Positions 9,645 to 19,275 of a DNA stretch of 64,000 nucleotides are shown in pieces. Under the pieces are notes generated by a model. It did not search any database and had not been told where the DNA came from. It saw nothing but the letters and a program-made list of their open reading frames with translations. Location of the stretch: IMG/VR virus record IMGVR_UViG_2636415832_000002. The stretch is one strand, 5' to 3'. This stretch comes from an uncultured virus (IMG/VR IMGVR_UViG_2636415832_000002). Its lineage: Duplodnaviria; Heunggongvirae; Uroviricota; Caudoviricetes. Every line of letters starts with the position of its first letter. Position 1 is the stretch's first letter. The translations under genes and the position numbers were made by a program.

Positions 9645-9685
9645 TAGCACAGTGTGTTATTATCTTTTTATAGCACGATGTGTTA
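9645..9685. promoter_or_regulatory. Two imperfect palindromes, probable TetR operators
   Basis: TAGCAC-AGT-GTGTTA (9645-9659) and TAGCAC-GAT-GTGTTA (9671-9685) between divergent genes. Confidence 0.7.
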
Positions 9686-9725
9686 AATAGATAATACCAC
9701 AACATTTAAAGGAGGACTAGTTTGT

Positions 9726-10439
9726 TTGATCGAAACTATTGAAGCATTGATGCCTTCTTCATCATTAGACATTTCTTCAGCATTAATGATTATTTCTTTG
9801 TGTGCTTTAATTGATATTTTAAGTCCCGGTGTACTGACTGTAACAGCCTATTTATTACTGACACAACCGAATCAGTTACCTTCTCGTTTATTTGTGTTTT
9901 TATTCATCACGCAGTTAGGCTATTTCATCACGGGTTTATTACTCTACTTTGGTGGAAATTCATTATTGAAGAGAATAGAACAATTGTCTCAGTTTGACTT
10001 TATCAATTGGTTTTATATCCTACTTGGAGCAGTTCTTGTTCTAATAAGCTTCAGTAAACCAAAAGAGACTACAAAAAAACGTTTAATTTCATTTATCCCC
10101 AAAAATACAACAATTAAAGGGATGATTATATTAGGAATCATTGTTTTCCTAATTGAATTTGTAACGGCATTGCCTTACTTTTATTCAATCTTTTTAATGA
10201 ATCATCAAACAATTGATGCTACACCTGCTATCTTAATAATAATTGGATACAATCTAGTAATGGTGCTTCCTTCTCTGTTACTGTTAGGGGTTAATATTAT
10301 ATTTAAAGAAAAATTGCAACAATTTCTTGTTAAAATCAGGTCAAAATTAAATGAAGCTCCAATCTCTTCACTCTTGGTAGCGACAGGAGTCATAGGTGCA
10401 GTTTTTTTTAATATCGGTCTTAGGGGCATATTAAATTAG
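9726..10439 (+). CDS. GAP/Sap (LysE-superfamily) membrane protein
   Basis: About six hydrophobic segments; ALIDILSPG and EFVTALPYF motifs. Confidence 0.7.
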   Translation: MIETIEALMPSSSLDISSALMIISLCALIDILSPGVLTVTAYLLLTQPNQLPSRLFVFLFITQLGYFITGLLLYFGGNSLLKRIEQLSQFDFINWFYILLGAVLVLISFSKPKETTKKRLISFIPKNTTIKGMIILGIIVFLIEFVTALPYFYSIFLMNHQTIDATPAILIIIGYNLVMVLPSLLLLGVNIIFKEKLQQFLVKIRSKLNEAPISSLLVATGVIGAVFFNIGLRGILN

Positions 10440-10464
10440 AAAAAATATTAAAGAGGTGTTCATC

Positions 10465-10683
10465 ATGAAAGAAATTATCAGTGGACTCAGTCTACTTTTT
10501 ATTATTCAGGGAGTAGGCGGATTAATCAATCATTTGACTAATGGAGGAAAAAGTTGGTTTTTAGTAAATTATATTGATGCGTTTCAAGGGTTGGAAATCG
10601 TTTTGGACATTGTATTTATTGTAGTTGGTGGGATCATAGCTTTAGCCACTCGTAAAATAACATCTAGTAAAAACGATAAGTGA
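10465..10683 (+). CDS. Small two-TM membrane protein
   Basis: Hydrophobic ORF with GAGGTG RBS. Confidence 0.6.
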   Translation: MKEIISGLSLLFIIQGVGGLINHLTNGGKSWFLVNYIDAFQGLEIVLDIVFIVVGGIIALATRKITSSKNDK

Positions 10684-10694
10684 ATGATGTAAAT

Positions 10695-10733
10695 AAAAAA
10701 TACAGAGTGAGAATTTCTCGCTCTGTATTTTTT
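10695..10733 (+). terminator. Intrinsic (probably bidirectional) terminator
   Basis: AAAAAATACAGAG...CTCTGTATTTTTT. Confidence 0.75.
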
Positions 10734-10917
10734 ATTTTAATTGATTCTCCTCGAGGCTCTACCAACCTTACTCATCCAGGTCATAGATCAAAGATGATGC
10801 CCAAAATGACTGTTTTTCTCTTTTCTTAAAGTAGAAAATTACTGAATCAACCATTTAAATCTATTTTACATATACAAATTTCGAACAACAATCCGGATGT
10901 CTAATTTATTTTTTCAA

Positions 10918-10960
10918 AATCCTCAACAATCATTACCTCCTGTGGCTATTAGGTAGAGGG
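10918..10960 (+). promoter_or_regulatory. Bipartite motif copy 2 (AATCCTCAAC-N16-GGCTATTAGGTAGAGGG)
   Basis: Matches copies at 4455 and 43816; upstream of antirepressor. Confidence 0.7.
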
Positions 10961-10996
10961 GTTTCCTCTCTGACTATATTGCAGGAGGTAATTCGT

Positions 10997-11749
10997 ATGG
11001 ACGAATTAGTAAAAATCAACTATGAAAATCAACGACCCACCGTACTCGGTCGTGATTTACATGAAGCCTTGGAAGTAAAGACCGCTTATAAAGACTGGTT
11101 TCCAAGAATGTGTGAGTACGGATTTGAGGAAGGGTCAGACTTTAGCTCATTTTTGAGCGAAAGTACTGGAGGCAGACCAAGCATAGACCATCAGTTAACA
11201 ATTGACATGGCAAAAGAGCTATGCATGATACAGCGTACTCCAAAAGGGAAAGAGTGCCGCGGGTACTTTCTTGAAATAGAAAGAAGATGGAATTCCCCAG
11301 AAGCAATCATGGCAAGGGCACTTCAGATTGCCAATCAACAGCTAACACAAGTAAGGAAACAAAATAAAGTGCTTGAAGGTACAGTTGCTGTTCAGAATCA
11401 GCAAATTGCAGAAATGAAACCGAAAGTCTCTTATTACGATGTGGTTTTAAATTGCAAAGACCTCATTTCCACATCAGCAATTGCCAAAGATTACGGCAAG
11501 TCAGCTATTTGGATGAACCGCTATCTTAATAAAAAGGGCATCCAGTTTAAACAAGGCGGCATTTGGCTTTTATATCAGAAGCATGCGGAAAAAGGCTACA
11601 CCAGCACTAAGACACATAGCTACCTAGGCAGTAACGGGCAGCAGCATACAAAGGTCCATACATATTGGACTCAAAAAGGCAGACTCTTCATTTACGAACT
11701 GATGAAGGCGGACGGTATTTTGCCTCAGATAGAAATGGAGGGTGTGTAA
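10997..11749 (+). CDS. Phage antirepressor (AntA/AntB N-terminal + KilAC/ANT C-terminal)
   Basis: GRDLHEALEVKTAYKDWFPRM, DMAKELCMIQR, KPKVSYYD, WTQKGRLFIY. Confidence 0.88.
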   Translation: MDELVKINYENQRPTVLGRDLHEALEVKTAYKDWFPRMCEYGFEEGSDFSSFLSESTGGRPSIDHQLTIDMAKELCMIQRTPKGKECRGYFLEIERRWNSPEAIMARALQIANQQLTQVRKQNKVLEGTVAVQNQQIAEMKPKVSYYDVVLNCKDLISTSAIAKDYGKSAIWMNRYLNKKGIQFKQGGIWLLYQKHAEKGYTSTKTHSYLGSNGQQHTKVHTYWTQKGRLFIYELMKADGILPQIEMEGV

Positions 11750-12183
11750 TGGGAATCAACAAATTTAACCATGAAGGATACCATGACCCAACTCCCCATG
11801 AAGCACTGACTAACATAATAAGAAAGGAAAAGGCAGAGAAAAAATCTGCCTTTAAGCCGCTTGTATATATCTGTTCTCCCTATTCCGGTGATGTAGAAGG
11901 AAACATTAAAAAGGCTCGCAGTTTTTGCAGGTTTGCCTTAGACCAAAACTGTATCCCAATTGCTCCCCACCTTATGTTTCCGCAGTTTATGGATGATGAA
12001 AACCCAGAGGAACGAGAACGTGCCATATTTATGGACATTGTGCTTATGGGTAAATGCTCCGAGGTGTGGGTGCTGGGCAATACCATCTCAAGCGGTATGG
12101 CGAGGAAAATTGAAGTAGCCAAGAAACGCAGACAAACGGTCAGGTATTTTAATCCGGAGCATGAGGAGGTTGAAAGCTTATGA
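11749..12183 (+). CDS. DUF4406-like (nucleoside deoxyribosyltransferase-fold) phage protein
   Basis: VYICSPYSGD...PIAPHL...CSEVWVLG..ISSGM. Confidence 0.7.
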   Translation: MGINKFNHEGYHDPTPHEALTNIIRKEKAEKKSAFKPLVYICSPYSGDVEGNIKKARSFCRFALDQNCIPIAPHLMFPQFMDDENPEERERAIFMDIVLMGKCSEVWVLGNTISSGMARKIEVAKKRRQTVRYFNPEHEEVESL

Positions 12184-14546
12184 AAATTGCAGTGGGCAAT
12201 AGCCGGATGGATAGGAAATGGAAAAACAAAGATATCTCCTGGGAGGATTTTTGCTCCCGTGTAAAGACAACCCAACGTACTACAGAAACGGTAGAAGAAT
12301 ATCGGAAACTTAAAAAAGGCCAGCAAGATGATATCAAGGATGTGGGCGGCTTTGTCGGAGGACATTTAAAAGAAGGAAGGCGAAAGAAGGGCAATGTTCT
12401 GTGTCGTTCTTTGCTTACCCTCGATATGGATTACGGTAGACCAGATATTTGGGAACAAATCTCAATACTTTTCGATTTCAAATGTTGTGTTTACTCCACC
12501 CATAAGCACACACCGGAAAATCCGAGACTCAGACTTATCGTTCCTCTTGCTCGTGAGATCAGTGAAGAAGAATATGCAGCCGTTGGACGTATGGTGGCAA
12601 AAGAAATCGGTATTGACCTTTTCGATGATACGACATATGAAGCACATCGCCTTATGTATTGGCCATCCACTTCCTCTAATGGTGAATTTGTCTATGAAGA
12701 GCAGGATGGAGCATTACTTGACCCGAATATTTATCTTTCAAAATATGAAAACTGGCACGATACATCAACTTGGCCCGTATCAAGTAGGCAGTCTGAGGTT
12801 ATTAATCGTAGTCTTAAAGAACAAGCCGATCCGCTTTTAAAAGAAGGTGTGGTAGGAACTTTCTGTCGTGCTTACTCCGTTCATGAAGCAATTGAGAAAT
12901 TCTTAGGTTCCGTTTATGCACCATCTGCTATGGAAGGGCGCTATGACTATATTCCAGCTGACAGTAGTGCGGGTGTGATTATCTATGATGATAAATTTGC
13001 ATACAGCCACCATGCCACCGACCCAGCAAGCGGCCTGCTCCTTAATGCTTTTGACCTTGTTCGTATTCATAAATTCGGCTCTTTAGATGATAGAGCTTCC
13101 ACGACTACGGCTCCTGGTAGGATGCCGTCTTTTGTGGCAATGTGCGAGTTTTCTATAAAAGATGAAGCGGTAAAAGCTGAGTTCGCAAAGGAAAGGCAGG
13201 CTCAGGCTGAAGAGGAGTTTAGTGCTGAGGATTGGCAGACAGGTTTGGAACTAGATAAGCAAGGTCGGATAAAAGACACACTGGATAACATCGTTCTGAT
13301 TATTCGGCATGATGAAGATTTACAGCATATCGCTTTCAACTGCCATCGTGATGGTATTGATGCCAAAGGTGGTCTGCCTTGGGACCAGATTAAGGCGGGT
13401 TGGAATGATTCGGATAACGCACTTCTTAAGGTGTACTTAAGCAGCAAATACGGGGTCTATTCTCCTACCAAGACCAAGGATGCTGTGGTAGCGGTAGCAT
13501 CAGAACGAGCCTACCATCCTGTTAAGGAGTACCTAGACTCCCTGCCAAAATGGGATGGTATTAGCCGAGTAGAAAATCTACTCATTGATTATTTCGGTGC
13601 AACAGATAATTCCTACACAAAGGCAATTATTCGCAAAACGATGGTTGCGGCGGTAGCCCGTATTTATAGACCAGGCACAAAGTTTGATAGTGTTCTTATC
13701 TTAAATGGTCCTCAAGGCATCGGTAAGTCAACCTTCTTTGCTAAGCTTGCCGGAGATTGGTTTTCAGACAGTTTGACCATTACGGACATGAAAGATAAAT
13801 CAGGTGCTGAAAAACTTCAAGGATATTGGTTGTTGGAACTCGGTGAGCTTGCTGGAATGCGTAAGACGGATGTGGAGATTGTGAAGTCCTTTATTTCAAG
13901 GGCGGATGATAAATACCGTGCCAGTTATGGGGTCAACGTCGAAAGCCATCCCCGTCAGTGTGTAATTGTAGGTTCAACGAATGCAGAAAGTGGATTTCTT
14001 CGAGATATCACGGGCAACCGCAGATTTTGGCCAGTCCGCATTAACGGTAACGGTAAAAAGAAAGCTTGGCAGATGACCAAAGAGGAAGTACAGCAGATTT
14101 GGGCAGAAGCACTAGTGCTTTATGAGAAGGGCGAAAAACTCTACCTTGAAGGTGATGATGTATCCATGGCGACGAGTGAACAGGCGGATGCGATGGAAAC
14201 AGATGAACGAGAAGGACTGGTTCGTACCTATCTAGATACGCTCTTGCCGGATGATTGGGACACGATGTCTTTGTACGAGCGTAGAAATTTCCTTGGCGGT
14301 AGCGAATTTGGCGGCGGCACCCGTGTTGGAACAGTAAAAAGGACCCTTGTTTGTAATATGGAAATTTGGTGTGAGTGTTTCGGTAAAGAGGCATCATTGC
14401 TAAAGCCTTCAGATTCCTATGCCATCGGTGCCATTATGAGAAAGATCAGTGAGTGGAACAAGTACACTGGGAACAAGAATGGTGTTGTAACGTTTCCTGT
14501 CTACGGAAAGCAACGAGCTTATTCCCGAGTCGAGGAACAACGCTAA
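12180..14546 (+). CDS. VirE/VapE-family primase-helicase
   Basis: N-terminal primase-like LDMD, YSTHKH..PRLR; C-terminal GPQGIGKST, ELGEL, DITGNRRFWPV. Confidence 0.88.
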   Translation: MKIAVGNSRMDRKWKNKDISWEDFCSRVKTTQRTTETVEEYRKLKKGQQDDIKDVGGFVGGHLKEGRRKKGNVLCRSLLTLDMDYGRPDIWEQISILFDFKCCVYSTHKHTPENPRLRLIVPLAREISEEEYAAVGRMVAKEIGIDLFDDTTYEAHRLMYWPSTSSNGEFVYEEQDGALLDPNIYLSKYENWHDTSTWPVSSRQSEVINRSLKEQADPLLKEGVVGTFCRAYSVHEAIEKFLGSVYAPSAMEGRYDYIPADSSAGVIIYDDKFAYSHHATDPASGLLLNAFDLVRIHKFGSLDDRASTTTAPGRMPSFVAMCEFSIKDEAVKAEFAKERQAQAEEEFSAEDWQTGLELDKQGRIKDTLDNIVLIIRHDEDLQHIAFNCHRDGIDAKGGLPWDQIKAGWNDSDNALLKVYLSSKYGVYSPTKTKDAVVAVASERAYHPVKEYLDSLPKWDGISRVENLLIDYFGATDNSYTKAIIRKTMVAAVARIYRPGTKFDSVLILNGPQGIGKSTFFAKLAGDWFSDSLTITDMKDKSGAEKLQGYWLLELGELAGMRKTDVEIVKSFISRADDKYRASYGVNVESHPRQCVIVGSTNAESGFLRDITGNRRFWPVRINGNGKKKAWQMTKEEVQQIWAEALVLYEKGEKLYLEGDDVSMATSEQADAMETDEREGLVRTYLDTLLPDDWDTMSLYERRNFLGGSEFGGGTRVGTVKRTLVCNMEIWCECFGKEASLLKPSDSYAIGAIMRKISEWNKYTGNKNGVVTFPVYGKQRAYSRVEEQR

Positions 14547-14740
14547 GTTGTATCTTACCTTGTTCCCATACTTGTTATTTCCCTAAAGTTAGTAATGAAA
14601 AGGAAAATCAACGGTTCGGAACAAGTGGAACAAGAAGTAACCTATTTATTTATAAATAATAAAAAGAAGTAATAGTAGCCTGTGCATACACGCATACACG
14701 CGCGTATAGGAAAATTGGGTCAAAGTTGTTTTCTTGTTCC
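14455..14740. repeat. GGAACAAG iteron cluster, candidate replication origin
   Basis: GGAACAAG at 14455, 14470, 14618, 14627; reverse CTTGTTCC at 14559, 14733; near copy 14534; AT-rich tract 14640-14672. Confidence 0.6.
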
Positions 14741-14765
14741 GAGCCTTTTTACATGGGAGGTATTT

Positions 14766-15047
14766 ATGCTTGAAAAATATATCGAAAAGAAACTGGTGAC
14801 TGAGGTAAAAAAGATGGGAGGCATTGCTGCGAAGTTTGTTAGCCCAGGTTTAGATGGGATGCCAGATCGCCTGGTGCTTTTACCACATGGGAAGATGGCA
14901 TTTGTGGAATTAAAGGCTCCCGGGAAGAAACCTCGACTGTTACAGATTAGAAGAATAAAGCAATTACAGAAGTTAGGCTTTGCCTGCTATGTCATTGATG
15001 ATGTTAAGCAGATTGGAGGGATACTCGGTGAAATACAATCCTCATAA
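14766..15047 (+). CDS. VRR-NUC domain nuclease
   Basis: EKYIEKKL...GMPDRLVL...FVELKAPG. Confidence 0.88.
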   Translation: MLEKYIEKKLVTEVKKMGGIAAKFVSPGLDGMPDRLVLLPHGKMAFVELKAPGKKPRLLQIRRIKQLQKLGFACYVIDDVKQIGGILGEIQSS

Positions 15048-16389
15048 ATATCAGACCTATGCAACGAACTTCATTCTAGAGCATCCCATTGCTGCGGTGT
15101 TTTTAGAAATGGGTCTTGGCAAAAGCGTCATTACTCTAACTGCTATATTCGACCTGTGTCTTGATCGTTTTGAAATTGGAAAGGTTCTGGTCATTGCCCC
15201 ACTTCGAGTAGCTAGGGATACTTGGCCAGCTGAGATAAATAAGTGGGAGCATTTAAAAGGGCTAGAGTTTTCGGTAGCCATCGGCACAGAACAGGAGCGA
15301 TTGGCGGCTCTTAGGAAACCTGCAAGTGTCTATCTTATAAACAGAGAAAATGTTGATTGGTTGGTAAACAAAAGTGGTATCCCTTTTAATTTCGATATGA
15401 TGGTCATTGATGAACTATCATCCTTTAAGTCCTATGGTGCAAAAAGATTTAAAAGTTTACTAAAAGTAAGGCCGAGGGCAAAACGAATTGTGGGTCTTAC
15501 GGGTACACCTTCCAGTAATGGGTTAATGGATTTGTGGGCAGAGTTTCGTATCCTTGACATGGGTAAAAGACTCGGCAGGTACATCACTCACTACCGCAAT
15601 TCCTTCTTTACACCGGATAAACGTAATCAGCAGATTGTATTTTCATATAAACCATTGCCAGGTGCTGAAGATGCCATATATCGGCTCATTTCGGATATCA
15701 CCATTTCCATGAAATCAGTGGATTTTCTGAAAATGCCAGAATGCATGATCAATGAAGTGCCTGTGTATCTAAATGACAAAGAACAATCAGTATATGATCA
15801 CTTTCGTGAAGAGATGGTTCTTGAATTTGCTGATAAGGAGATTGATGCCATGAACGCAGCCGTCCTTTCAGGGAAACTCCTGCAAATGGCAAATGGTGCA
15901 ATCTACGATGATGATAAAAATCCTCATATTATTCACGACCGCAAGCTAGATGCTATTGAGGATCTAATTGAAGGTGCAAACGGCAAACCTGTGCTTATTG
16001 CCTATTGGTATAATCACGATTTAAAGCGTATTAAAGCAAAATACAATGTCAAAGAAATTAAAACTTCCAAAGACATCATGGATTGGAATAATGGTGATAT
16101 TTCTGTGGCAGTTATCCATCCAGCATCGGCTGGACACGGTTTGAATTTACAAAGTGGAGGTTCAACGCTTATCTGGTTTGGACTTACTTGGAGTCTGGAA
16201 CTCTATCAGCAAACCAATGCGAGACTTTGGAGACAAGGACAAAATGAGACCGTGGTAATCCACCACATTATTACTAAAGGCACGATTGATGAAGATGTGA
16301 TGAGAGCCTTGAAACAAAAGGAAAAGACACAATCCGATCTTATCAATGCAGTCAAAGCAAATCTTGGGAAAGCGAGGGAAGTTGTATGA
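15028..16389 (+). CDS. SNF2-family helicase
   Basis: MGLGKS, VIDELS, LTGTP, GHGLNLQ, QTNARLWRQGQ; GTG start with GGAGG RBS. Confidence 0.9.
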   Translation: MKYNPHKYQTYATNFILEHPIAAVFLEMGLGKSVITLTAIFDLCLDRFEIGKVLVIAPLRVARDTWPAEINKWEHLKGLEFSVAIGTEQERLAALRKPASVYLINRENVDWLVNKSGIPFNFDMMVIDELSSFKSYGAKRFKSLLKVRPRAKRIVGLTGTPSSNGLMDLWAEFRILDMGKRLGRYITHYRNSFFTPDKRNQQIVFSYKPLPGAEDAIYRLISDITISMKSVDFLKMPECMINEVPVYLNDKEQSVYDHFREEMVLEFADKEIDAMNAAVLSGKLLQMANGAIYDDDKNPHIIHDRKLDAIEDLIEGANGKPVLIAYWYNHDLKRIKAKYNVKEIKTSKDIMDWNNGDISVAVIHPASAGHGLNLQSGGSTLIWFGLTWSLELYQQTNARLWRQGQNETVVIHHIITKGTIDEDVMRALKQKEKTQSDLINAVKANLGKAREVV

Positions 16390-16607
16390 TGGACGCTTTT
16401 GAAAAACTGGCAAATGCCATTATTCTACAGGCAGTCAAGGATTATCGTTTTGCACTGAAAAGATTAGCAAAACACCCTCGCAATGATTCTGCTTTATATA
16501 CAAAACGTGAGGTTGAGCGCTTCTTTCATTCTGGATTGTTCAATGTTCTCACCTCCCTAAACCCTGACATGTTAATTCAACAGCTACAAGAGGAGGTGGT
16601 GCGATGA
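16386..16607 (+). CDS. Conserved phage hypothetical protein
   Basis: LANAIILQAVKDYR pattern, translationally coupled. Confidence 0.7.
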   Translation: MMDAFEKLANAIILQAVKDYRFALKRLAKHPRNDSALYTKREVERFFHSGLFNVLTSLNPDMLIQQLQEEVVR

Positions 16608-17017
16608 TGACAGCTAAGGAATTCTTAAAGCAGGCTTATCGCCTGAATGAATTGATTAATTCCGACCTTGAAGAGTTGCAAAACTTAAGAAATCTATCAA
16701 GAAGTATTTCATCCCCCATTCTTGAGGAAAAAGTCAGTCGAACCAAGAGTACTGACCCACCCTTTGAAAAATATGTGATTAGAATAATAGATTTGGAGCA
16801 ACAAATACAGCAAGAAGTTGAACGATTAGTAAAGCTGAAATCAGATATCCGTGAAGCGATTAACCAGATGGAAAACGTGGATGAGAAGCTACTTCTTCGC
16901 TACCGATACATTAACTTTCTTAACTGGGAAGAAATCTGTGTCAACCTTAATGTTTCTATGAGAACCGTACACAGACTCCACTCATCCGCTTTGCAACATT
17001 TAAAGGTTCCAAAATAA
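16604..17017 (+). CDS. DUF1492/ArpU-RinA-like late transcriptional activator
   Basis: MTAKEFLKQ...LLRYRYINFLNWEEICVNLNVSMRTVHRLHSSAL; last early gene. Confidence 0.78.
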   Translation: MMTAKEFLKQAYRLNELINSDLEELQNLRNLSRSISSPILEEKVSRTKSTDPPFEKYVIRIIDLEQQIQQEVERLVKLKSDIREAINQMENVDEKLLLRYRYINFLNWEEICVNLNVSMRTVHRLHSSALQHLKVPK

Positions 17018-17208
17018 AAAGGAGTAACCGGAAAATAGTGCAGGAAGAGGGTTAAAAGGCCCTCTTCACCATTACCTTAGTCATTGTATGAAAATTACAG
17101 TGATTTAAATAATTAGTTTCTCCTTTTTAATGATTATTAAATTAAAATGAGCTGTCAAAACAACAACTCATTGCTTACCCACTTTGAATACCGACCTAAT
17201 GCATGATC

Positions 17209-17784
17209 TCAGTATAAACTTTTACAGTTTTCTGGTAGTTTGAAAGGATTTTCTTTATTGATACGCTCATAAAACATAATTCCATTTAGGTGATCTATTT
17301 CATGTTGAATAACAATAGAGGAATAGCCATTGAGTTTTAATATTATTTCTTCTCCTTCTAAATTAAACCCTTTCACTTTAATTCTCTCATATCTTGGTAC
17401 GAACCCATTTATATCTCGATCAACAGATAGGCACCCTTCACTTGGTGGTAAGTAAATCATAGAAACGGAATGGCTAATAATTTTTGGATTAATAAGGGTA
17501 TATTCATGTTCTTTCCCCATCTCGTCAGTGAAATACGCTACAAACATTCGCTTATTCAAGCCAATCTGATTCGCGGATAATCCAACTCCTCCACGTAATT
17601 TATATTTTTTGGATAGAATGGGGTCTTGACTATTTTTTAAGAAATTCATCATACTAGTTAATGTTTCCTTATCTTCCTCAGGGGGAGGTACCATCACTTC
17701 CAGTGTTGGTCGATGTAAGATATCATTACCTTCCCTTACAATATCTTTCATTGTTATTATATAATTTGAATGAAATTTATTCAT
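17209..17784 (-). CDS. def: Peptide deformylase (moron cargo)
   Basis: GVGLSANQIG, EGCLS, QHEIDHLNG; start placed at MNKFH overlapping the HTH stop. Confidence 0.92.
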   Translation of the reverse strand: MNKFHSNYIITMKDIVREGNDILHRPTLEVMVPPPEEDKETLTSMMNFLKNSQDPILSKKYKLRGGVGLSANQIGLNKRMFVAYFTDEMGKEHEYTLINPKIISHSVSMIYLPPSEGCLSVDRDINGFVPRYERIKVKGFNLEGEEIILKLNGYSSIVIQHEIDHLNGIMFYERINKENPFKLPENCKSLY

Positions 17785-17814
17785 AAATAAACAATTCATC
17801 TACCTTTATACTTT

Positions 17815-19275
17815 GGTACTGTCAATATTTTTGTGTAAATGACGATTCACCCGTTCAAGGGAACTCATCACCTGTGTATTCAATTGTACTTGTTCGAAGT
17901 GTTGATTTGAGTGTGTAGGAAAGGGCTAGCCCTTTCCTACACACTCAAATTTCGCGCTGGCGCGTCCCGGTCTAGTTTGCCGGTTCGTGCAGCTGCTCAA
18001 ACATTTCTTCTAGCTTTGCACGGGCCTGATTGAAGCCGATGTGGCAGCGTGTGGCGAAACGTTGATTATAGTCTTCGAACTGCGTCACTAAAAAGCGCTC
18101 CAACGATTCTTCGTTCGGGAACTGTTCCTTGCGCTTTGTATATTTTTTGATTTGCTTATTGAACGACTCGATTAAATTCGTCGAGTAGATGCTTCGCCAA
18201 ATCGCCTTGGGAAAGCCGTAAAACGTCAGTAAATACGGGTTTTCGAGTAAGCCTTGTGCGACTTTTTTATACGATTTGCCCCATTTTTCGCAGAACGTCT
18301 CGAGCGCTTTTTTCGCTGCTTCAGCGTTCTTTGCCTGGTGAATCGTTTTAAAATCCTCGCACACTTCCTTGCGATCTTCTACTCGGACTTTATGCATGAT
18401 ATTGCGTGCCACATGGACAAGGCACACCTGATATTTTGCCTTTGGAAACACATTAAACACAGCGTCTGCCATGCCTTTTAAGCCGTCTGATACGAATAAA
18501 AGTACGTCTTCTACACCACGGTCTTTGAGCTCTTGTAGTAGCTCCTGCCAGTTGTAGGCCGATTCTGTTGGGGCAATCGTATAGCCAAGCACTTCTTTAG
18601 AGCCGTCTTCACGAATACCAACTGCAATATAGACGGCCTCTTTTGACACCGTATCACGACGCACGGCAATATACGTCGCGTCTAAATACACGCATACGTA
18701 ACGATTGTGCAAAGGACGGTTATTAAAGGCTTCTACCGTTTCTGAAACAGCCTTTGTCATATTCGAAATCGTTTGCGGCGTATAGTGATGCCCATACATT
18801 TTCTCAATTAATTGCGCAATTTCCGCCATCGTAATGCCTTTTTTGAACAAGTGAATGACCGTTTCTTCCAGCGTATCGTTCGAGCGCTTATATGGTACCA
18901 CTGTCTGTTGTTTAAACTCACCGTTGCGATCCCGCGGGATTTGAAGCGTTAAATCGCCGTACTCCGTGTGAAGTGTACGCGAATAAGACCCATTGCGAGA
19001 ATTGCCTGAGTTGAACCCGATACGATCGTATTTTTCGTAATCCAAAAATTCCGTCAGCTCTGTCGCCAGTAGCGAGTTGATCGCCATTTCCAAGTGCGAA
19101 CGAAAAACCTCGGTAATATCTTGTTTTTTGACTAGTGCATCGACAATTTCTGTTGTAAACTGATTCATAGGGAAGACCTCTTTTCTAGGATTGGTTGTGG
19201 TGACTTAATTCTACCAAGAAAGGGTCTTCCTTTTTCTATGGAATTTTCTATTTACACAAAATATTTTATACTCTC
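17815..19275 (-). mobile_element. IS256-family element copy 1 (1461 bp)
   Basis: Imperfect terminal IRs GGTACTGTCAATATTTTTGTGTAAAT / ATTTACACAAAATATTTTATACTCTC; same length and transposase as 53351-54811. Confidence 0.93.
17972..19168 (-). CDS. IS256-family transposase
   Basis: RNGSY.R, PRDRNGEF, YLDATY, SDGLKG, QVCLVH, STNLIESFN. Confidence 0.95.
   Translation of the reverse strand: MNQFTTEIVDALVKKQDITEVFRSHLEMAINSLLATELTEFLDYEKYDRIGFNSGNSRNGSYSRTLHTEYGDLTLQIPRDRNGEFKQQTVVPYKRSNDTLEETVIHLFKKGITMAEIAQLIEKMYGHHYTPQTISNMTKAVSETVEAFNNRPLHNRYVCVYLDATYIAVRRDTVSKEAVYIAVGIREDGSKEVLGYTIAPTESAYNWQELLQELKDRGVEDVLLFVSDGLKGMADAVFNVFPKAKYQVCLVHVARNIMHKVRVEDRKEVCEDFKTIHQAKNAEAAKKALETFCEKWGKSYKKVAQGLLENPYLLTFYGFPKAIWRSIYSTNLIESFNKQIKKYTKRKEQFPNEESLERFLVTQFEDYNQRFATRCHIGFNQARAKLEEMFEQLHEPAN

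Noticed and set aside
17797..17825. IS256 outward hybrid promoter driving def
   Set aside because: TTGACA is present at the IS end on the minus strand, but the hexamer 17 bp away (TAGATG) is a poor -10 and TATAAA is only 9 bp away
18254..18481. Antisense 75-aa ORF present in both IS copies
   Set aside because: Repeats only because the IS is duplicated; no RBS or recognisable domain
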